Positions 38,962 to 48,792 of a DNA stretch of 64,000 nucleotides are shown piece by piece (positions within the stretch are counted from its first letter, which is position 1; each line of letters opens with the position of its first letter). The notes beneath the pieces are model-generated. The model was not told where the DNA came from and made no database searches. It saw nothing but the letters and a program-made list of their open reading frames with translations. A program made the position numbers and the translations under genes. Source of the DNA: Candidatus Shapirobacteria bacterium (lineage in GTDB: Bacteria; Patescibacteriota; Microgenomatia; UM-FILTER-40-11); contig JAGVBK010000002.1 in NCBI GenBank assembly GCA_020059745.1, positions 104,301-168,300 on the forward strand, written 5' to 3'.

Positions 38962-39804
38962 ATGTTTGTTTTTTTTGGCTCTTCGATTCATTCTGCTTAT
39001 TTTTTAGAATTGGGCGTAAAAAACGGCCTTAAAATTGACCTTGTGGTCTCAAACCCTCCCAAACTGCTTGGAAGAAAAAAAATCCTTACTGAAAACCCTA
39101 CTGTTTCTGCTGCCAAAAAACTTGGTATTCCCTATCTTTTAGACCTTAGGGGGTTAGAAAAATTCCAAAACCTGAAGCTGGGCTTGATTCTTGATTATAA
39201 TAAAATTATTCCCGGCGCTTTTATAGACCTTTTTGAAAAAGGCATTATAAATGTTCATTTTTCAAAGCTTCCTGAGTATCGCGGGCCTTCTCCGGTCCAG
39301 CAAACCATTCTTGACGCGAAAACCAAAGCCCATATTTCCTACTTCCTGATTTCAGAAAAGCTTGACCAGGGAAACATTCTTTTCCAATCAGAAGAAGATA
39401 TCAGTCAAAATGAAAATACAGGCTCGCTTTACCTCAAATTAACAGAAAAAGCCTCGAAAGAGATTAAAAAGATGGTTTCTAATTATCTTTCCGGCAAACT
39501 TGTCCCTCAACCCCAAAAAGGGAAAGCCTCTTATACCAAAAAATTTACTGCTGAAGACTGCAAAATCGACTGGCAAAAACCTGATGAATATTCAGAAAGG
39601 CTAGTAAGGGCTTGCTCCCCTGAGCCCGGTACCTGGACTCAAGTACGCATCGGTCCCCAAGTAAAAAGGCTTAAAATCCTTTCTGCCCAGCTTGAGCAAG
39701 GAAAATTTGTGCCTTTAGTTGTCCAACTTGAAGGAAAAAATCCGGTAATGTGGAAGCAATTCTGGCAAGGTTATCCCAATGCGGAGATTATAAAAGAAGC
39801 TTAA
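38962..39804 (+). CDS. fmt: methionyl-tRNA formyltransferase
   Basis: HxSxLPxYRG motif (HFSKLPEYRGPSP). def-fmt synteny. C-terminal domain present. Confidence 0.8.
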   Translation: MFVFFGSSIHSAYFLELGVKNGLKIDLVVSNPPKLLGRKKILTENPTVSAAKKLGIPYLLDLRGLEKFQNLKLGLILDYNKIIPGAFIDLFEKGIINVHFSKLPEYRGPSPVQQTILDAKTKAHISYFLISEKLDQGNILFQSEEDISQNENTGSLYLKLTEKASKEIKKMVSNYLSGKLVPQPQKGKASYTKKFTAEDCKIDWQKPDEYSERLVRACSPEPGTWTQVRIGPQVKRLKILSAQLEQGKFVPLVVQLEGKNPVMWKQFWQGYPNAEIIKEA

Positions 39805-40040
39805 GCAGTTACCGCTTTTTTTTCTTCTAAATCAGCCTGTTCTTTTTTAATTCTTTTAAGGCACTTCATACAAAGAAGCATCTGCACACCATTAATGGTA
39901 GCCGGGTGCAGGTTTGGTTTAAACACTTTGACTGTTTTTTGTGCTCTTTTTGCCCACTGTTTACCTGCCACCCCTCTTTTGTGGCGTGATTGCCTTCCTA
40001 TTTGTCTGGCTTTGGCGCAAATGAAACACTGTTGAGACAT
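39801..40040 (-). CDS. rpmB: 50S ribosomal protein L28
   Basis: 79 aa, basic. CxxC...KVFKPNLH...CxxC pattern of L28. Confidence 0.65.
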   Translation of the reverse strand: MSQQCFICAKARQIGRQSRHKRGVAGKQWAKRAQKTVKVFKPNLHPATINGVQMLLCMKCLKRIKKEQADLEEKKAVTA

Positions 40041-40121
40041 ATTTGTTTGCTTGACCTAAATTTAAGCTAAAGGTTATAATAACACAATCTTGGCTTGGAG
40101 ACAATAACTTTTTAAGGATTT

Positions 40122-40766
40122 ATGAGTGTAATTTTAACCTTACTTGGATTTATTTTTTTTATCTACTCTGTTATCGTCCACGAAATTTCCCATGGCTTTA
40201 TAGCGGAAAAACTGGGAGACCCGACAGCTAGGCTTTCCGGCCGGCTGACCTTAAACCCGCTCCCCCATATTGACCCGGTTACCAGCCTTCTTTTACCCTT
40301 ACTGCTTTTAACAACCGGCTCGCCAATAATAATCGGCGCTGCCAAACCTGTCCCCATTGATCCTTTTAATCTAAGAAATCCAAGAAAAGAAATGGGGCTT
40401 ATTGGCCTGGCGGGCCCAGCTTCAAACCTGCTTTTAGCCATTGCCTTTGGTTTGGTGGCCAGATTAATTTCTCCGGCAACCCCTTCACCCGAAATTTTCG
40501 CTTTCTTGGCCAGGCTTTCACTCATTAATATTGTTTTAGCAGTCTTTAACCTGATCCCCATTCCCCCTTTAGACGGAGGCAGGATCCTGGCGGCAATTTT
40601 ACCCAAAAACGCAGCTCAATCCCTTATGGGCCTGGAACGCATTGGCATCTTTATTGTTATTTTCCTGCTTTTATTCCCCAACCCAATCTTTTCCCTTCAG
40701 AACATAATCTTTAGTATTACCTCTACAATTTTCGGGATTATTTTTCCTTCTTTACCTGTAATTTAA
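40122..40766 (+). CDS. M50 family site-2 protease (SpoIVFB-like)
   Basis: HEISHG zinc motif in TM1. LDGGR motif. Polytopic. Confidence 0.8.
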   Translation: MSVILTLLGFIFFIYSVIVHEISHGFIAEKLGDPTARLSGRLTLNPLPHIDPVTSLLLPLLLLTTGSPIIIGAAKPVPIDPFNLRNPRKEMGLIGLAGPASNLLLAIAFGLVARLISPATPSPEIFAFLARLSLINIVLAVFNLIPIPPLDGGRILAAILPKNAAQSLMGLERIGIFIVIFLLLFPNPIFSLQNIIFSITSTIFGIIFPSLPVI

Positions 40767-41139
40767 TGCTGCTCCCCATGGCCGGAAATTAAGGTTTTTC
40801 CCTCTATGTCGCAGCATTTAATTGCTTGATTTTTGTGCCTGGGTAGGCTAGACTTTAAATAGTCCTGCCAGCAAGGCAAAGGTTTTGAAAACGCTTTTCT
40901 CTACAATTTCAATGCGTAAGGGAAAGCGAAGTTCTAAAAGAGCGTGCTTTTTTAGACAGCTTACCCACCTGGTTTTCCAGGGAAATGCGCTCAAAACCAC
41001 CTATATTGGCGGGACTTTCCACATCCAAAACCACTCTTTTCCACCCACAAAACCATTTACCCTTGAGGCTTTTTAAGGTAAAATATACATGTAAATATTT
41101 TTTGCCGAAGTAACTCAGCGGCCCGCCCGCCACGCAAGC

Positions 41140-41225
41140 CAGCTTGCTGGTGTTGCGGGCAGGTAGAGCAAATGTTTTGCCTACCCGCAGTGCTACAGCG
41201 TTGCAGGCGGGCCTGCCCACAGAAG
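41140..41225 (+). other. GC-rich multi-hairpin element immediately upstream of tRNA-Thr(TGT)
   Basis: Hairpin TGCGGGCAGG-[tagagcaaatgttttg]-CCTACCCGCA, plus outer GGCCCGCC/GGCGGGCC pairing. The loop mimics the AGAGC...GTTTTG (D-stem to anticodon) sequence of the downstream tRNA. A homologous element sits upstream of tRNA-Pro. Confidence 0.4.
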
Positions 41226-41229
41226 CCTA

Positions 41230-41303
41230 GCCCTTCTAGCTCAACGGCAGAGCGACGGTTTTGTAAACCGTTGATCAGGGTTCAATTCCCTGGAAGGGCT
41301 CCA
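41230..41303 (+). tRNA. tRNA-Thr (anticodon TGT)
   Basis: Cloverleaf: acceptor GCCCTTC/GAAGGGC, anticodon loop TTTGTAA, T-loop TTCAATT, encoded CCA. Confidence 0.85.
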
Positions 41304-41403
41304 GTTTAGGTAGGCGGGTAAACATAGGTCGTCAGTTCAATCCTGACCGTCGGCTCTTGATAGTCGGTTAGTTTATTAGTATGTTAGAATTTAGTATTAA
41401 TTT

Positions 41404-41488
41404 GCCGAGATGGCGGAGCGGTCAAACGCAATGGTCTGTAAAACCATCGCTCGAAAGGGCTACGTAGGTTCGAATCCTGCTCTCGGCA
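41404..41488 (+). tRNA. tRNA-Tyr (anticodon GTA), long variable arm
   Basis: Acceptor GCCGAGA/TCTCGGC, anticodon loop CTGTAAA, type-II variable arm, T-loop TTCGAAT. Confidence 0.85.
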
Positions 41489-41495
41489 CTTAACC

Positions 41496-42122
41496 TTAGA
41501 ACTTAAGAATTGAAAACTTCAGGTTCTCCCCTTCAAGCTCAAAAAGAAACCAGACCGAGTAGTCTTTGTTGTTTCTAATATACAAATTTTGCTTTTGGGA
41601 ATTAAGGCCTCCTGAAGGTACAAACTTGATTGAAGTGCCGTATTTTGAGTCAATGCCGGGAATGGCGGCAAAATCATGGTCAACCTCAGCTCTCACTTCC
41701 AAACCTGCTTCCTGGGCGGTCCAATTCATAAGAGAAGCCAGGTGACAAACTCCGTTTCCGCCTAAACCTGCCACTACTTTATAGCCATCATTAACCATAA
41801 ATCCGCTTTCTTGGGTAATTATCTTTTGCCCTTCGTATTCCGGAAGAATGTTTTTATGAAAGCTGAAAACCTCGCCAGGGTTTAGGATAATTACTCCGCT
41901 ACCTACCTTGTTTAAATAGTCTGTGGCAATAAGAATATTTTCTTTAAACCCATTACTGATGGCAGGCTCTGGATAACGGTAAGAAAGGTCAATAGATTTG
42001 GAAGCAATAGTTTCCCATTTAAAGAGATCTTTTTTCTCTTTTTGGGCCGAAACTGTGGCGTTTGCCTCACCTCTAAGTATTAAAGAGGCGACAAGTAGGG
42101 CAGAAATTATTTGATTGAGCAT
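41496..42122 (-). CDS. VanW-like secreted protein
   Basis: Signal peptide. VAGLGGNGVCHLASL resembles the VanW GGGxCQ motif. Confidence 0.55.
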   Translation of the reverse strand: MLNQIISALLVASLILRGEANATVSAQKEKKDLFKWETIASKSIDLSYRYPEPAISNGFKENILIATDYLNKVGSGVIILNPGEVFSFHKNILPEYEGQKIITQESGFMVNDGYKVVAGLGGNGVCHLASLMNWTAQEAGLEVRAEVDHDFAAIPGIDSKYGTSIKFVPSGGLNSQKQNLYIRNNKDYSVWFLFELEGENLKFSILKF

Positions 42123-42500
42123 TATTTATACAACAAAAAAAGTGTTCTCAAAGAGAACACTTTTTCGCCTTACCTCAACTAAGTAAGCTGATTTTACCAA
42201 GCGCTTATAGGACAAGTCAAGGGCTTGTTTGAGGCTAATTTTGTCTAGTTTTAAAACAATTTTCTTTTCGTCTCCTCGCGAATATGAATGCTGGCTTTTG
42301 ATGCCTTTTATTTTAGTCTTCTATGTAAACAAAAATTTACTTTTATTTTGTTACTATGAGATACTTTACAAATATTTTCTTTAATTTGTTTGAGTAAAAT
42401 ATTTGCTCTATACCATACTAAAGAATAAATTTTCACCTCTCTTCTTTTTTGTATTTACTTGTTCCCAAAAATGCTGAAGTTTGCTAAAATTACTAGACTC

Positions 42501-42573
42501 GCCTAAGTAGCTCAGTCGGTAGAGCATTCCCTTGGTAAGGGAAAGGTCTCGGGTTCGATTCCCGACTTAGGCT
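42501..42573 (+). tRNA. tRNA-Thr (anticodon GGT)
   Basis: Acceptor GCCTAAG/CTTAGGC, D-arm GCTCAGTCGGTAGAGC, anticodon loop TTGGTAA, T-loop TTCGATT. Confidence 0.85.
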
Positions 42574-42654
42574 CAAGGCTAAAAACCGCTAGAAAGCTTT
42601 TAAAAGGCTTTTTAGTTTTAAATTTGATATAATTCCATCTAGAAAGGAAGAAAA

Positions 42655-42825
42655 ATGGCTAAAGGACAAAGAATGATGCTTGGTTTTGCTTGCTCTGTTT
42701 GCAAGAAACTGAACTACTTAACAGAAAAAAACAGGACTAACACTCCTGATAAATTGGTATTGAAAAAATTCTGCAACACCTGCAAAAAAGTAACTGACCA
42801 TAAAGAAAGCACCAAATTTAAGTAA
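42655..42825 (+). CDS. rpmG: 50S ribosomal protein L33
   Basis: 56-aa ORF, too short for the supplied ORF track. MAKGxR...CSVCKK...KFCNTCKK zinc ribbon. RBS AGGAAG upstream. Confidence 0.75.
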   Translation: MAKGQRMMLGFACSVCKKLNYLTEKNRTNTPDKLVLKKFCNTCKKVTDHKESTKFK

Positions 42826-42839
42826 ACCGAAAAACTAAA

Positions 42840-43301
42840 TTATTTCTTCTCCGGAGGTTCTGGATATTTTAAAAATTTTGTTTTCTCCCTGTTAACCTTT
42901 AATGTTCTGGCGTGTCTTCGCCCATCAACAGGGCACCTAAGCTCAGAAAGCACTATTGCCATTGCCGGAAGTTTTTCCCCTCTCTTTATAATTTCCCTGG
43001 GCAGTTCAACCCCCTTTTCTGTTTCAAAGCCAATGATAAAATTATTGTAATAAAGAGGGCCTTGACAGCGTCTGCATCTTTTAGGTTCTCCCGAAGTCTC
43101 TCTTGCCGGGATGTCGCGGCCAAGGACAAACACATCGCTGTGCCACTCTTCAATTTCATTTTTACGGGCTTTTGGGGAATTTTCAGGGTGTCTTGGGTGA
43201 GGCTTAGGGAGGATCGGTGAAGAATATTGGACCTCAAAACCAGGCATAGTCATCTGCCCAAAAGAAGAATGTCCTTCAAGTATTAATTCCTTTACAGACA
43301 T
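42840..43301 (-). CDS. hypothetical protein with CxxC...C zinc-ribbon-like segment
   Basis: 153-aa ORF. RCRRCQGP...CPVDG motif. No family recognised. Confidence 0.45.
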   Translation of the reverse strand: MSVKELILEGHSSFGQMTMPGFEVQYSSPILPKPHPRHPENSPKARKNEIEEWHSDVFVLGRDIPARETSGEPKRCRRCQGPLYYNNFIIGFETEKGVELPREIIKRGEKLPAMAIVLSELRCPVDGRRHARTLKVNREKTKFLKYPEPPEKK

Positions 43302-43416
43302 ATCCTATATTATACACGAAAGTATCAAGTTTTACCTTAAAACGGCAATCTTTGAATATCTTTTGTGATATATAGCAATCTTACTGTAACAGTTTGCTTT
43401 TGCTAAAGTCAAGAAT

Positions 43417-44238
43417 TTAAAAAATAAAGTGGCCGGCATCAAAAAATACAAATCGGTTAGCCAGATAAAGATGTGAGTTGAGCATGCTTTCCACCACTTC
43501 CCTGTCTCTTTCGCTGCTGCCAATGTAATAAGTAATGTCCGGACCTACTTTTTCTATCATTCCGGCCAAGTCCTCACCTGCCGAACCTATAGGTTTATTG
43601 GGAACCACCAAGAGCTTGTCTTTCCCCAGCCTTTCCAGCCTTCTTACTGTATCATCGTCTATAAAAGGAAAATAGCTAATTGGCCCCCGAAAAGGCTCAG
43701 CCAGTTTTCTTAGTGGTCCTACTTTTTGCAAGGTCTCGTCAGAAAGATAAAAACGGCTGCTCCAAAAAATTGTGAGATCAGAAGCTTTTATTATCCTGGC
43801 AAAAGCCAAGGCTGTTTTTTGGCTTATCTTGCCTCTTTCTTTTGCCTCTCCAAAAGCTTTTTTAATAGCAATTTCACCGTTAAAAACACCGTTTACCACC
43901 TCGTGTAGGGTGTGGGCCGGACTGACAAAAACACCGTCAAAATCAGTAATTGTCAGCACCTTACATTCTCCGCCCTGTCCCAGTACTCCTGACAGCATTC
44001 TTTCCGAAGAGGTGAACTCGTTTAGGTTAACTCTTCTTCCCAACCTTAATCCAAGAAGGCTTCTGTCAAGAACGCTATTAAGATTGGGAACACCATTGCC
44101 GTCATAAATAATCCTGCTCTCCGCCCCTATCCTTCTAATTACCCTTCTGCATTCTTCTGCCCGGCCAAAACAAGGGACAGTTGGGTTAATAAATGTTTCA
44201 ACAGACATTGTTAGTCTTGAAGTTTTTGCTTCAACCAA
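43417..44238 (-). CDS. HAD-superfamily hydrolase (IIB-like)
   Basis: HAD motif I TITDFDGVF. Real start is probably the internal MSVETF. Adjacent to the sugar nucleotidyltransferase. Confidence 0.5.
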   Translation of the reverse strand: MVEAKTSRLTMSVETFINPTVPCFGRAEECRRVIRRIGAESRIIYDGNGVPNLNSVLDRSLLGLRLGRRVNLNEFTSSERMLSGVLGQGGECKVLTITDFDGVFVSPAHTLHEVVNGVFNGEIAIKKAFGEAKERGKISQKTALAFARIIKASDLTIFWSSRFYLSDETLQKVGPLRKLAEPFRGPISYFPFIDDDTVRRLERLGKDKLLVVPNKPIGSAGEDLAGMIEKVGPDITYYIGSSERDREVVESMLNSHLYLANRFVFFDAGHFIF

Positions 44239-45110
44239 ATTTTAAAGTCTTCTCCAAACTTAGGGTTTTCTATGCCCAGTTCGACTAAGGTCTTAAGATA
44301 ACCATACCTATCTCCTGTATCAAAAAAGCGGTAGTTTTGATATTCAACCGCATAAACTTTTCTGCCGCCGGCAAGCTGGCCTTTTATACCGTCAATATAA
44401 TAAAGCTCTCTTTGTTCTTCAATTTCTTTGTCTGCTTTTTTAAGATATTCAAAAATGTCCGGAGTAAAAATCTGGCCAGACATGGTTGCCAGGTCAGAAG
44501 GAGCCTGGCCTACACCTGGTTTTTCAATCACATCGCTGACTTCTATAACTCTTTCTTTTACTTCTTCTCCAACTGCAAATCCAAACCTGGCTCCATCTTC
44601 GGGGTTTCCGGTTCTGATACAGCCTAAAACCGTTCCTCCGTATTCATTGTAGACCTCCAAAAGCTGAGTAACCCTGCCAGGGCTGGCTTTATAAAACTCA
44701 TCGGCAAACAAAAGCAAAAAAGGCTCGTCGCCAACAAGTTCCTGGGCAGAAAGAATGGCCACACCGGTTCCCCTTCTTTTTCCTTCTTTTTGCAAACAAA
44801 AAGAAAACTTAGCCATTTGCTCAATTTCCTTAAGCTCATTTAAATAGTCTTCCTTACCTCCTTCTGCAAGCACCTTGTTTAATTCCTCAAAGGGCTCAAA
44901 ATGCCTTCTAATTTCCTGGGTAAAAGGAGAAAGCACAAAAATCACTTCTTTTATGCCTGCTTCAACCGCTTCCTCGGTCACATACTGAATAATCGGCCTG
45001 TCAATAACCGGAAACATGATTTTTGGAACCGCTTTGGAAGCAGGAAGAAAACGGGTACCAAACCCTGCCGCCAAGATAACAGCTTTGTTAACTTTTTTAA
45101 TTTCTGACAT
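44211..45110 (-). CDS. galU: UTP-glucose-1-phosphate uridylyltransferase-like sugar nucleotidyltransferase
   Basis: AVILAAGFGTRFLPASKAVPK and VGDEPFLLLFADE motifs. Start trimmed to the internal MSEIKK to avoid overlap with the upstream gene. Confidence 0.75.
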   Translation of the reverse strand: MSEIKKVNKAVILAAGFGTRFLPASKAVPKIMFPVIDRPIIQYVTEEAVEAGIKEVIFVLSPFTQEIRRHFEPFEELNKVLAEGGKEDYLNELKEIEQMAKFSFCLQKEGKRRGTGVAILSAQELVGDEPFLLLFADEFYKASPGRVTQLLEVYNEYGGTVLGCIRTGNPEDGARFGFAVGEEVKERVIEVSDVIEKPGVGQAPSDLATMSGQIFTPDIFEYLKKADKEIEEQRELYYIDGIKGQLAGGRKVYAVEYQNYRFFDTGDRYGYLKTLVELGIENPKFGEDFKIWLKQKLQD

Positions 45111-45117
45111 TTTTCCT

Positions 45118-45753
45118 TTACTTGGGTTGACTATCGGGTTTAACTCTTTGAGCATAGTTTTCACTGTCTTCTTTAAGGCAAACAAAGACATATTGAGCCT
45201 TGTCAACCTCAAGATAATCGCCGGGTTTATCCGGCCTGGCAAGAGGATTGCTGTCCATATCAGTAAGTAAAACTGCCCCCCAATCCCACTGGCCTTTCTC
45301 TGTTCTGTAGCTAACTACAAACCGAACCTTAAACTCATCTTTAAAAGAAAGCGCCTTCCCGGTATCTGTTTCTTCATTAACTCTGGGAAATCTTCTGACT
45401 TTTAGCCCGATTGGGCTGCCAACTTTGTAAATTGCTGTCTTTTCAGAATATTCATCAACCGGAGTGACACTAAGCTCTCCAATTTTCTGGCCGGAAAACT
45501 TATTTGCAATTTCTTCTTTAAGCAAGGCTGTTTTTTGGCTTACCAATTTCTTTTCAGCTTCTTTTTCCAAAAGAGGGTTTTCGGGAGTCGGGAATTTAGG
45601 GGCTTCAGGGACACCTTGAGAAGCAGCTTCAAGAAATGCTTTATCTCTCTTGCCAAGCCATCTGTTTACAAATAATGCGGCTGCCCCCACGGCTCCGGCT
45701 TTTATAAGCGTTCTCCTGCCGGGGTCTTTTGGCCCTTCTCCTGTCTCGGACAT
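45118..45753 (-). CDS. Tat-signal secreted hypothetical protein
   Basis: Twin-arginine motif RRTLIKAGAVGAAAL near the N-terminus. Confidence 0.5.
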   Translation of the reverse strand: MSETGEGPKDPGRRTLIKAGAVGAAALFVNRWLGKRDKAFLEAASQGVPEAPKFPTPENPLLEKEAEKKLVSQKTALLKEEIANKFSGQKIGELSVTPVDEYSEKTAIYKVGSPIGLKVRRFPRVNEETDTGKALSFKDEFKVRFVVSYRTEKGQWDWGAVLLTDMDSNPLARPDKPGDYLEVDKAQYVFVCLKEDSENYAQRVKPDSQPK

Positions 45754-45835
45754 AAACTGATTATATTATATGGCATATTTTACATACAAGAGTCTAAATT
45801 GACTCTCTTTTTAGATTCCGTTAACATGACAAGGT

Positions 45836-46648
45836 ATGATTGATACTCATGCCCACCTTCAGTTTCCCGAGCTTTTGAGAAAAATCGAGGAGATTATCTC
45901 TCAAAGCAAAAAAGCCGGAGTTTCCGGGGTGGTTATTGCCAGCAGCAATGTCTCAGATTCCAAAAAAGCTGTCGAGCTTGCAGAAAAATATTCGGGTTTT
46001 TTATTTGCTTCAATAGGTATTCACCCGCAGAAAACAGATCCCTACAATAAATCATCAATTACCGAGCAAATTGCCAGCTTAAAGGCACTTTTAACTAAGT
46101 CTCAAGATAGCATTTTTGCCATTGGTGAAACCGGACTTGACTTTGCCCCTGCCCCGCCGGTTGAAGAAGACCGTTTGCTTAAAGATCAGGAAAAGCTTTT
46201 TATAGAACAAGTAAAACTGGCCCAAGAATTTAAGCTTCCTCTTATCCTTCATGCCAGGCAAGCCAACGACCAGCTAATTGAAATGCTTAAGCAAATTAGT
46301 GATCCTAATCTTAAAGGAGTTTTCCATTGCTATTCCGGCGGCAAAAAAAAAATTTCAAAAATTCTTGAGATTCCGGGCGAGTGGTATTTTGGCTTTGACG
46401 GCAACCTTACTTATGATCAGGGGCTTCAGACTACCATACGCTTTATTCCTGAACAAAGAATTTTAGTGGAAACAGATTCCCCCTACCTTAGCCCTGAACC
46501 TTACCGGGGTAAAGTTAATACCCCGGCTACAATTCCGATTATCGTTAAAAAAATAAACGAAATTCTCGGTAAAGATACTTCTGAGAATATTTTTGAGAAT
46601 TCAATAAAGCTTTTTAATCTTAAAAAGTTATCTAGCCATAACCCTTAG
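45836..46648 (+). CDS. tatD: TatD family hydrolase/DNase
   Basis: MIDTHAHL, GETGLD and LHARQA motifs. Confidence 0.85.
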   Translation: MIDTHAHLQFPELLRKIEEIISQSKKAGVSGVVIASSNVSDSKKAVELAEKYSGFLFASIGIHPQKTDPYNKSSITEQIASLKALLTKSQDSIFAIGETGLDFAPAPPVEEDRLLKDQEKLFIEQVKLAQEFKLPLILHARQANDQLIEMLKQISDPNLKGVFHCYSGGKKKISKILEIPGEWYFGFDGNLTYDQGLQTTIRFIPEQRILVETDSPYLSPEPYRGKVNTPATIPIIVKKINEILGKDTSENIFENSIKLFNLKKLSSHNP

Positions 46649-46695
46649 CTCTTTTTGCTAAATACTGATTGAAACCTTTATAGTATTTTGTTAAA

Positions 46696-46896
46696 ATGTC
46701 CTTTATGCCGCAAACAAACCCGGCTAAATTTTTGAGTGAGGTTAAAAGCGAACTAACCAAAGTCACCTGGCCTTCCAGGCCTGAAGTTGTCCGCTTAACC
46801 ATGGTGGTAGTAATAATCTCCCTTATTGTCGGACTTTTTGTTGGAGGGCTTGATTTAATTTTTACCAAAATCATACAGCTAATTTTAGGAAGGTAA
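46696..46896 (+). CDS. secE: preprotein translocase subunit SecE
   Basis: 66 aa. KVTWPSRxE followed by a single TM. Precedes nusG. Confidence 0.8.
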   Translation: MSFMPQTNPAKFLSEVKSELTKVTWPSRPEVVRLTMVVVIISLIVGLFVGGLDLIFTKIIQLILGR

Positions 46897-46898
46897 GT

Positions 46899-47537
46899 AT
46901 GGCCAAGAAAAAACAAGAAGAAATTAAAGAAGAAAAAGTTAGTGAAAAAGAAACCCTAAAAAAAGAGAAAAAAGGGTTTCCTAACCACTTGGTAATTACC
47001 AAATCTGATGACCCAAGAGCTAAGTGGTTTGTTGTCCATACCTACTCTGGCCATGAAGCCAGAGTAATGGCTTCTTTGCAGCAAAGAGTGGAAACCATGA
47101 AGCTTGCAGACAGGATTTTAGAAGTCTTAATCCCTACACAAGAACAAATTCAAATAAGGTCAGGCAAAAAGCACCAGGTTACGGAAAAGATTTTTCCCGG
47201 CTATATCTTGGTTAGAATGATTCTGGATGACAACTCCTGGCTGGCAGTAAGAACTACCCAAGGAGTAACCGGCTTTGTCGGTGTTGGCAACAAACCAACC
47301 CCAATCTCAGACGAAGAAGTTAATACCATCCAAAAGTTCATGAGCATGGAAGCTCCTAAATACAGGGCCAAGTTTTCTGCTGGTGAAGCGGTTAAAATTA
47401 TTGACGGCCCTTTTAATGAGTTTTTAGGCTCAATTGAATCAATTGACGAGGAAAGAGGCAAACTTAAAGTGCTTGTTTCCATTTTCGGAAGAGAAACTCC
47501 GGTAGAACTGGACTTTCTTCAAGTTAAAAAGCTATAA
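46899..47537 (+). CDS. nusG: transcription termination/antitermination factor NusG
   Basis: KWFVVHTYSGHE NGN domain and C-terminal KOW (GEAVKIIDGPF). Lys-rich N-terminal extension. Confidence 0.9.
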   Translation: MAKKKQEEIKEEKVSEKETLKKEKKGFPNHLVITKSDDPRAKWFVVHTYSGHEARVMASLQQRVETMKLADRILEVLIPTQEQIQIRSGKKHQVTEKIFPGYILVRMILDDNSWLAVRTTQGVTGFVGVGNKPTPISDEEVNTIQKFMSMEAPKYRAKFSAGEAVKIIDGPFNEFLGSIESIDEERGKLKVLVSIFGRETPVELDFLQVKKL

Positions 47538-47579
47538 TTCAACTTTGTTTAGAGTTTAAAATTTTAAATTTTTAAATAT

Positions 47580-48005
47580 ATGGCAGCAAAAAAAGTTAAA
47601 ACAGTTATCAAGCTAAATTTACCGGCCGGAGAAGCCAATCCTGCTCCTCCTGTTGGTCCGGCCTTAGGACAGCACGGCCTTCCAATCATGGACTTTATTA
47701 AGGCTTACAACGAAAGAACTGCCCAGCTTAAAGGCAATGTTATTCCGGCAGTTATTACCGTTTATGAGGACAGAACTTTTTCCTTTGTTACCAAGCTTCC
47801 TCCGGTAGCAGCCATGATTAAAAAGACCTTGAGCTTGTCGAAGGGTTCGGGAAAAGCAGGCCGGGAAACAGCTGCCACTTTAAGCAAGTCTCAAGTTGAA
47901 CAAATTGCTAAAGAAAAAATGGAAGACTTAAACACTAAAGATTTGGAGGCTGCAAAAAGAACGGTTGAGGGAACAGCAAGAAGCATGGGAATCAAAATAA
48001 AGTAA
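47580..48005 (+). CDS. rplK: 50S ribosomal protein L11
   Basis: PPVGPALGQHG signature. Confidence 0.9.
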   Translation: MAAKKVKTVIKLNLPAGEANPAPPVGPALGQHGLPIMDFIKAYNERTAQLKGNVIPAVITVYEDRTFSFVTKLPPVAAMIKKTLSLSKGSGKAGRETAATLSKSQVEQIAKEKMEDLNTKDLEAAKRTVEGTARSMGIKIK

Positions 48006-48047
48006 ATATAACAATTACAACGGTTATAAAATTTATAAATATTATAC

Positions 48048-48788
48048 ATGGCCAAAGATAAAGATAAAAAAGACGAAAAAGAAAAGAAAGTAAAATCTTC
48101 CGGTAAGGGCGAGCGGTTTGTGGATATGTCAGCCGATGCTGTAGTTGTCGACGAAAATGTTCTTGAAGAACAACTTAACGAGGAAAAAGAAGAGAAAGAA
48201 CCTAAAGTCAGAGGTAAAAAATACCAGGAAGCAAGAAAAAAAGTTGATACCACCAAAGCCTATTCGCCTAAAGAGGCCTTTGAGCTTCTTAAAGAAGTTT
48301 CAGTTTCTAAGAAAAACGGCACTGTTGAAGCCCATTTCAATGTCACTGAAAAAGGCTTAAGCGGAGACACCAACCTTCCCCATTCAACCGGAAAAGCAAG
48401 GAAAGTGGCCATATTTAGCGACGAACTGGCAGAACAAATCAAGGCCGGAAAAATTGACTTTGATGTTCTTTTGGCCACTGCTGCTGACATGCCGAAAATT
48501 CTGCCTCTAGCAAAAGCTTTAGGACCCAAAGGTCTGATGCCAAACCCAAAAAGCGGCACTCTTGTTCCTGATCCCAAAAAAGCTTTAGAAAACTTTTCGG
48601 GAAATAGCCTTCACTATAAAACTGAAAAAGATTTCCCTCTTATCCATACTGTCATTGGCAAAGTTGACCAGCCGGTTGAAGAATTAACAGAAAACCTTAA
48701 AGCCCTGGTAAAAGCAGTAAACCCCAAAAACATCAAAAAAGTCACGGTCAAATCCACCATGAGCCCGGGAATAAGAGTAAACTTCTGA
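48048..48788 (+). CDS. rplA: 50S ribosomal protein L1
   Basis: L1 fold motifs (AHFNV...KGLMPNPKSGT). Lys/Glu-rich N-terminal extension. Confidence 0.9.
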   Translation: MAKDKDKKDEKEKKVKSSGKGERFVDMSADAVVVDENVLEEQLNEEKEEKEPKVRGKKYQEARKKVDTTKAYSPKEAFELLKEVSVSKKNGTVEAHFNVTEKGLSGDTNLPHSTGKARKVAIFSDELAEQIKAGKIDFDVLLATAADMPKILPLAKALGPKGLMPNPKSGTLVPDPKKALENFSGNSLHYKTEKDFPLIHTVIGKVDQPVEELTENLKALVKAVNPKNIKKVTVKSTMSPGIRVNF

Positions 48789-48792
48789 AAAA

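Noticed and set aside
41104-41357. Split or intron-containing tRNA formed by a 5' half at 41104-41121 and a 3' T-arm/acceptor half at 41328-41356 (acceptor strands 6/7 complementary)
   Set aside because: No D-stem partner and no anticodon arm can be found. The intervening 200 nt contains a complete independent tRNA-Thr. More parsimonious as tRNA fragments or pseudo-tRNA debris.
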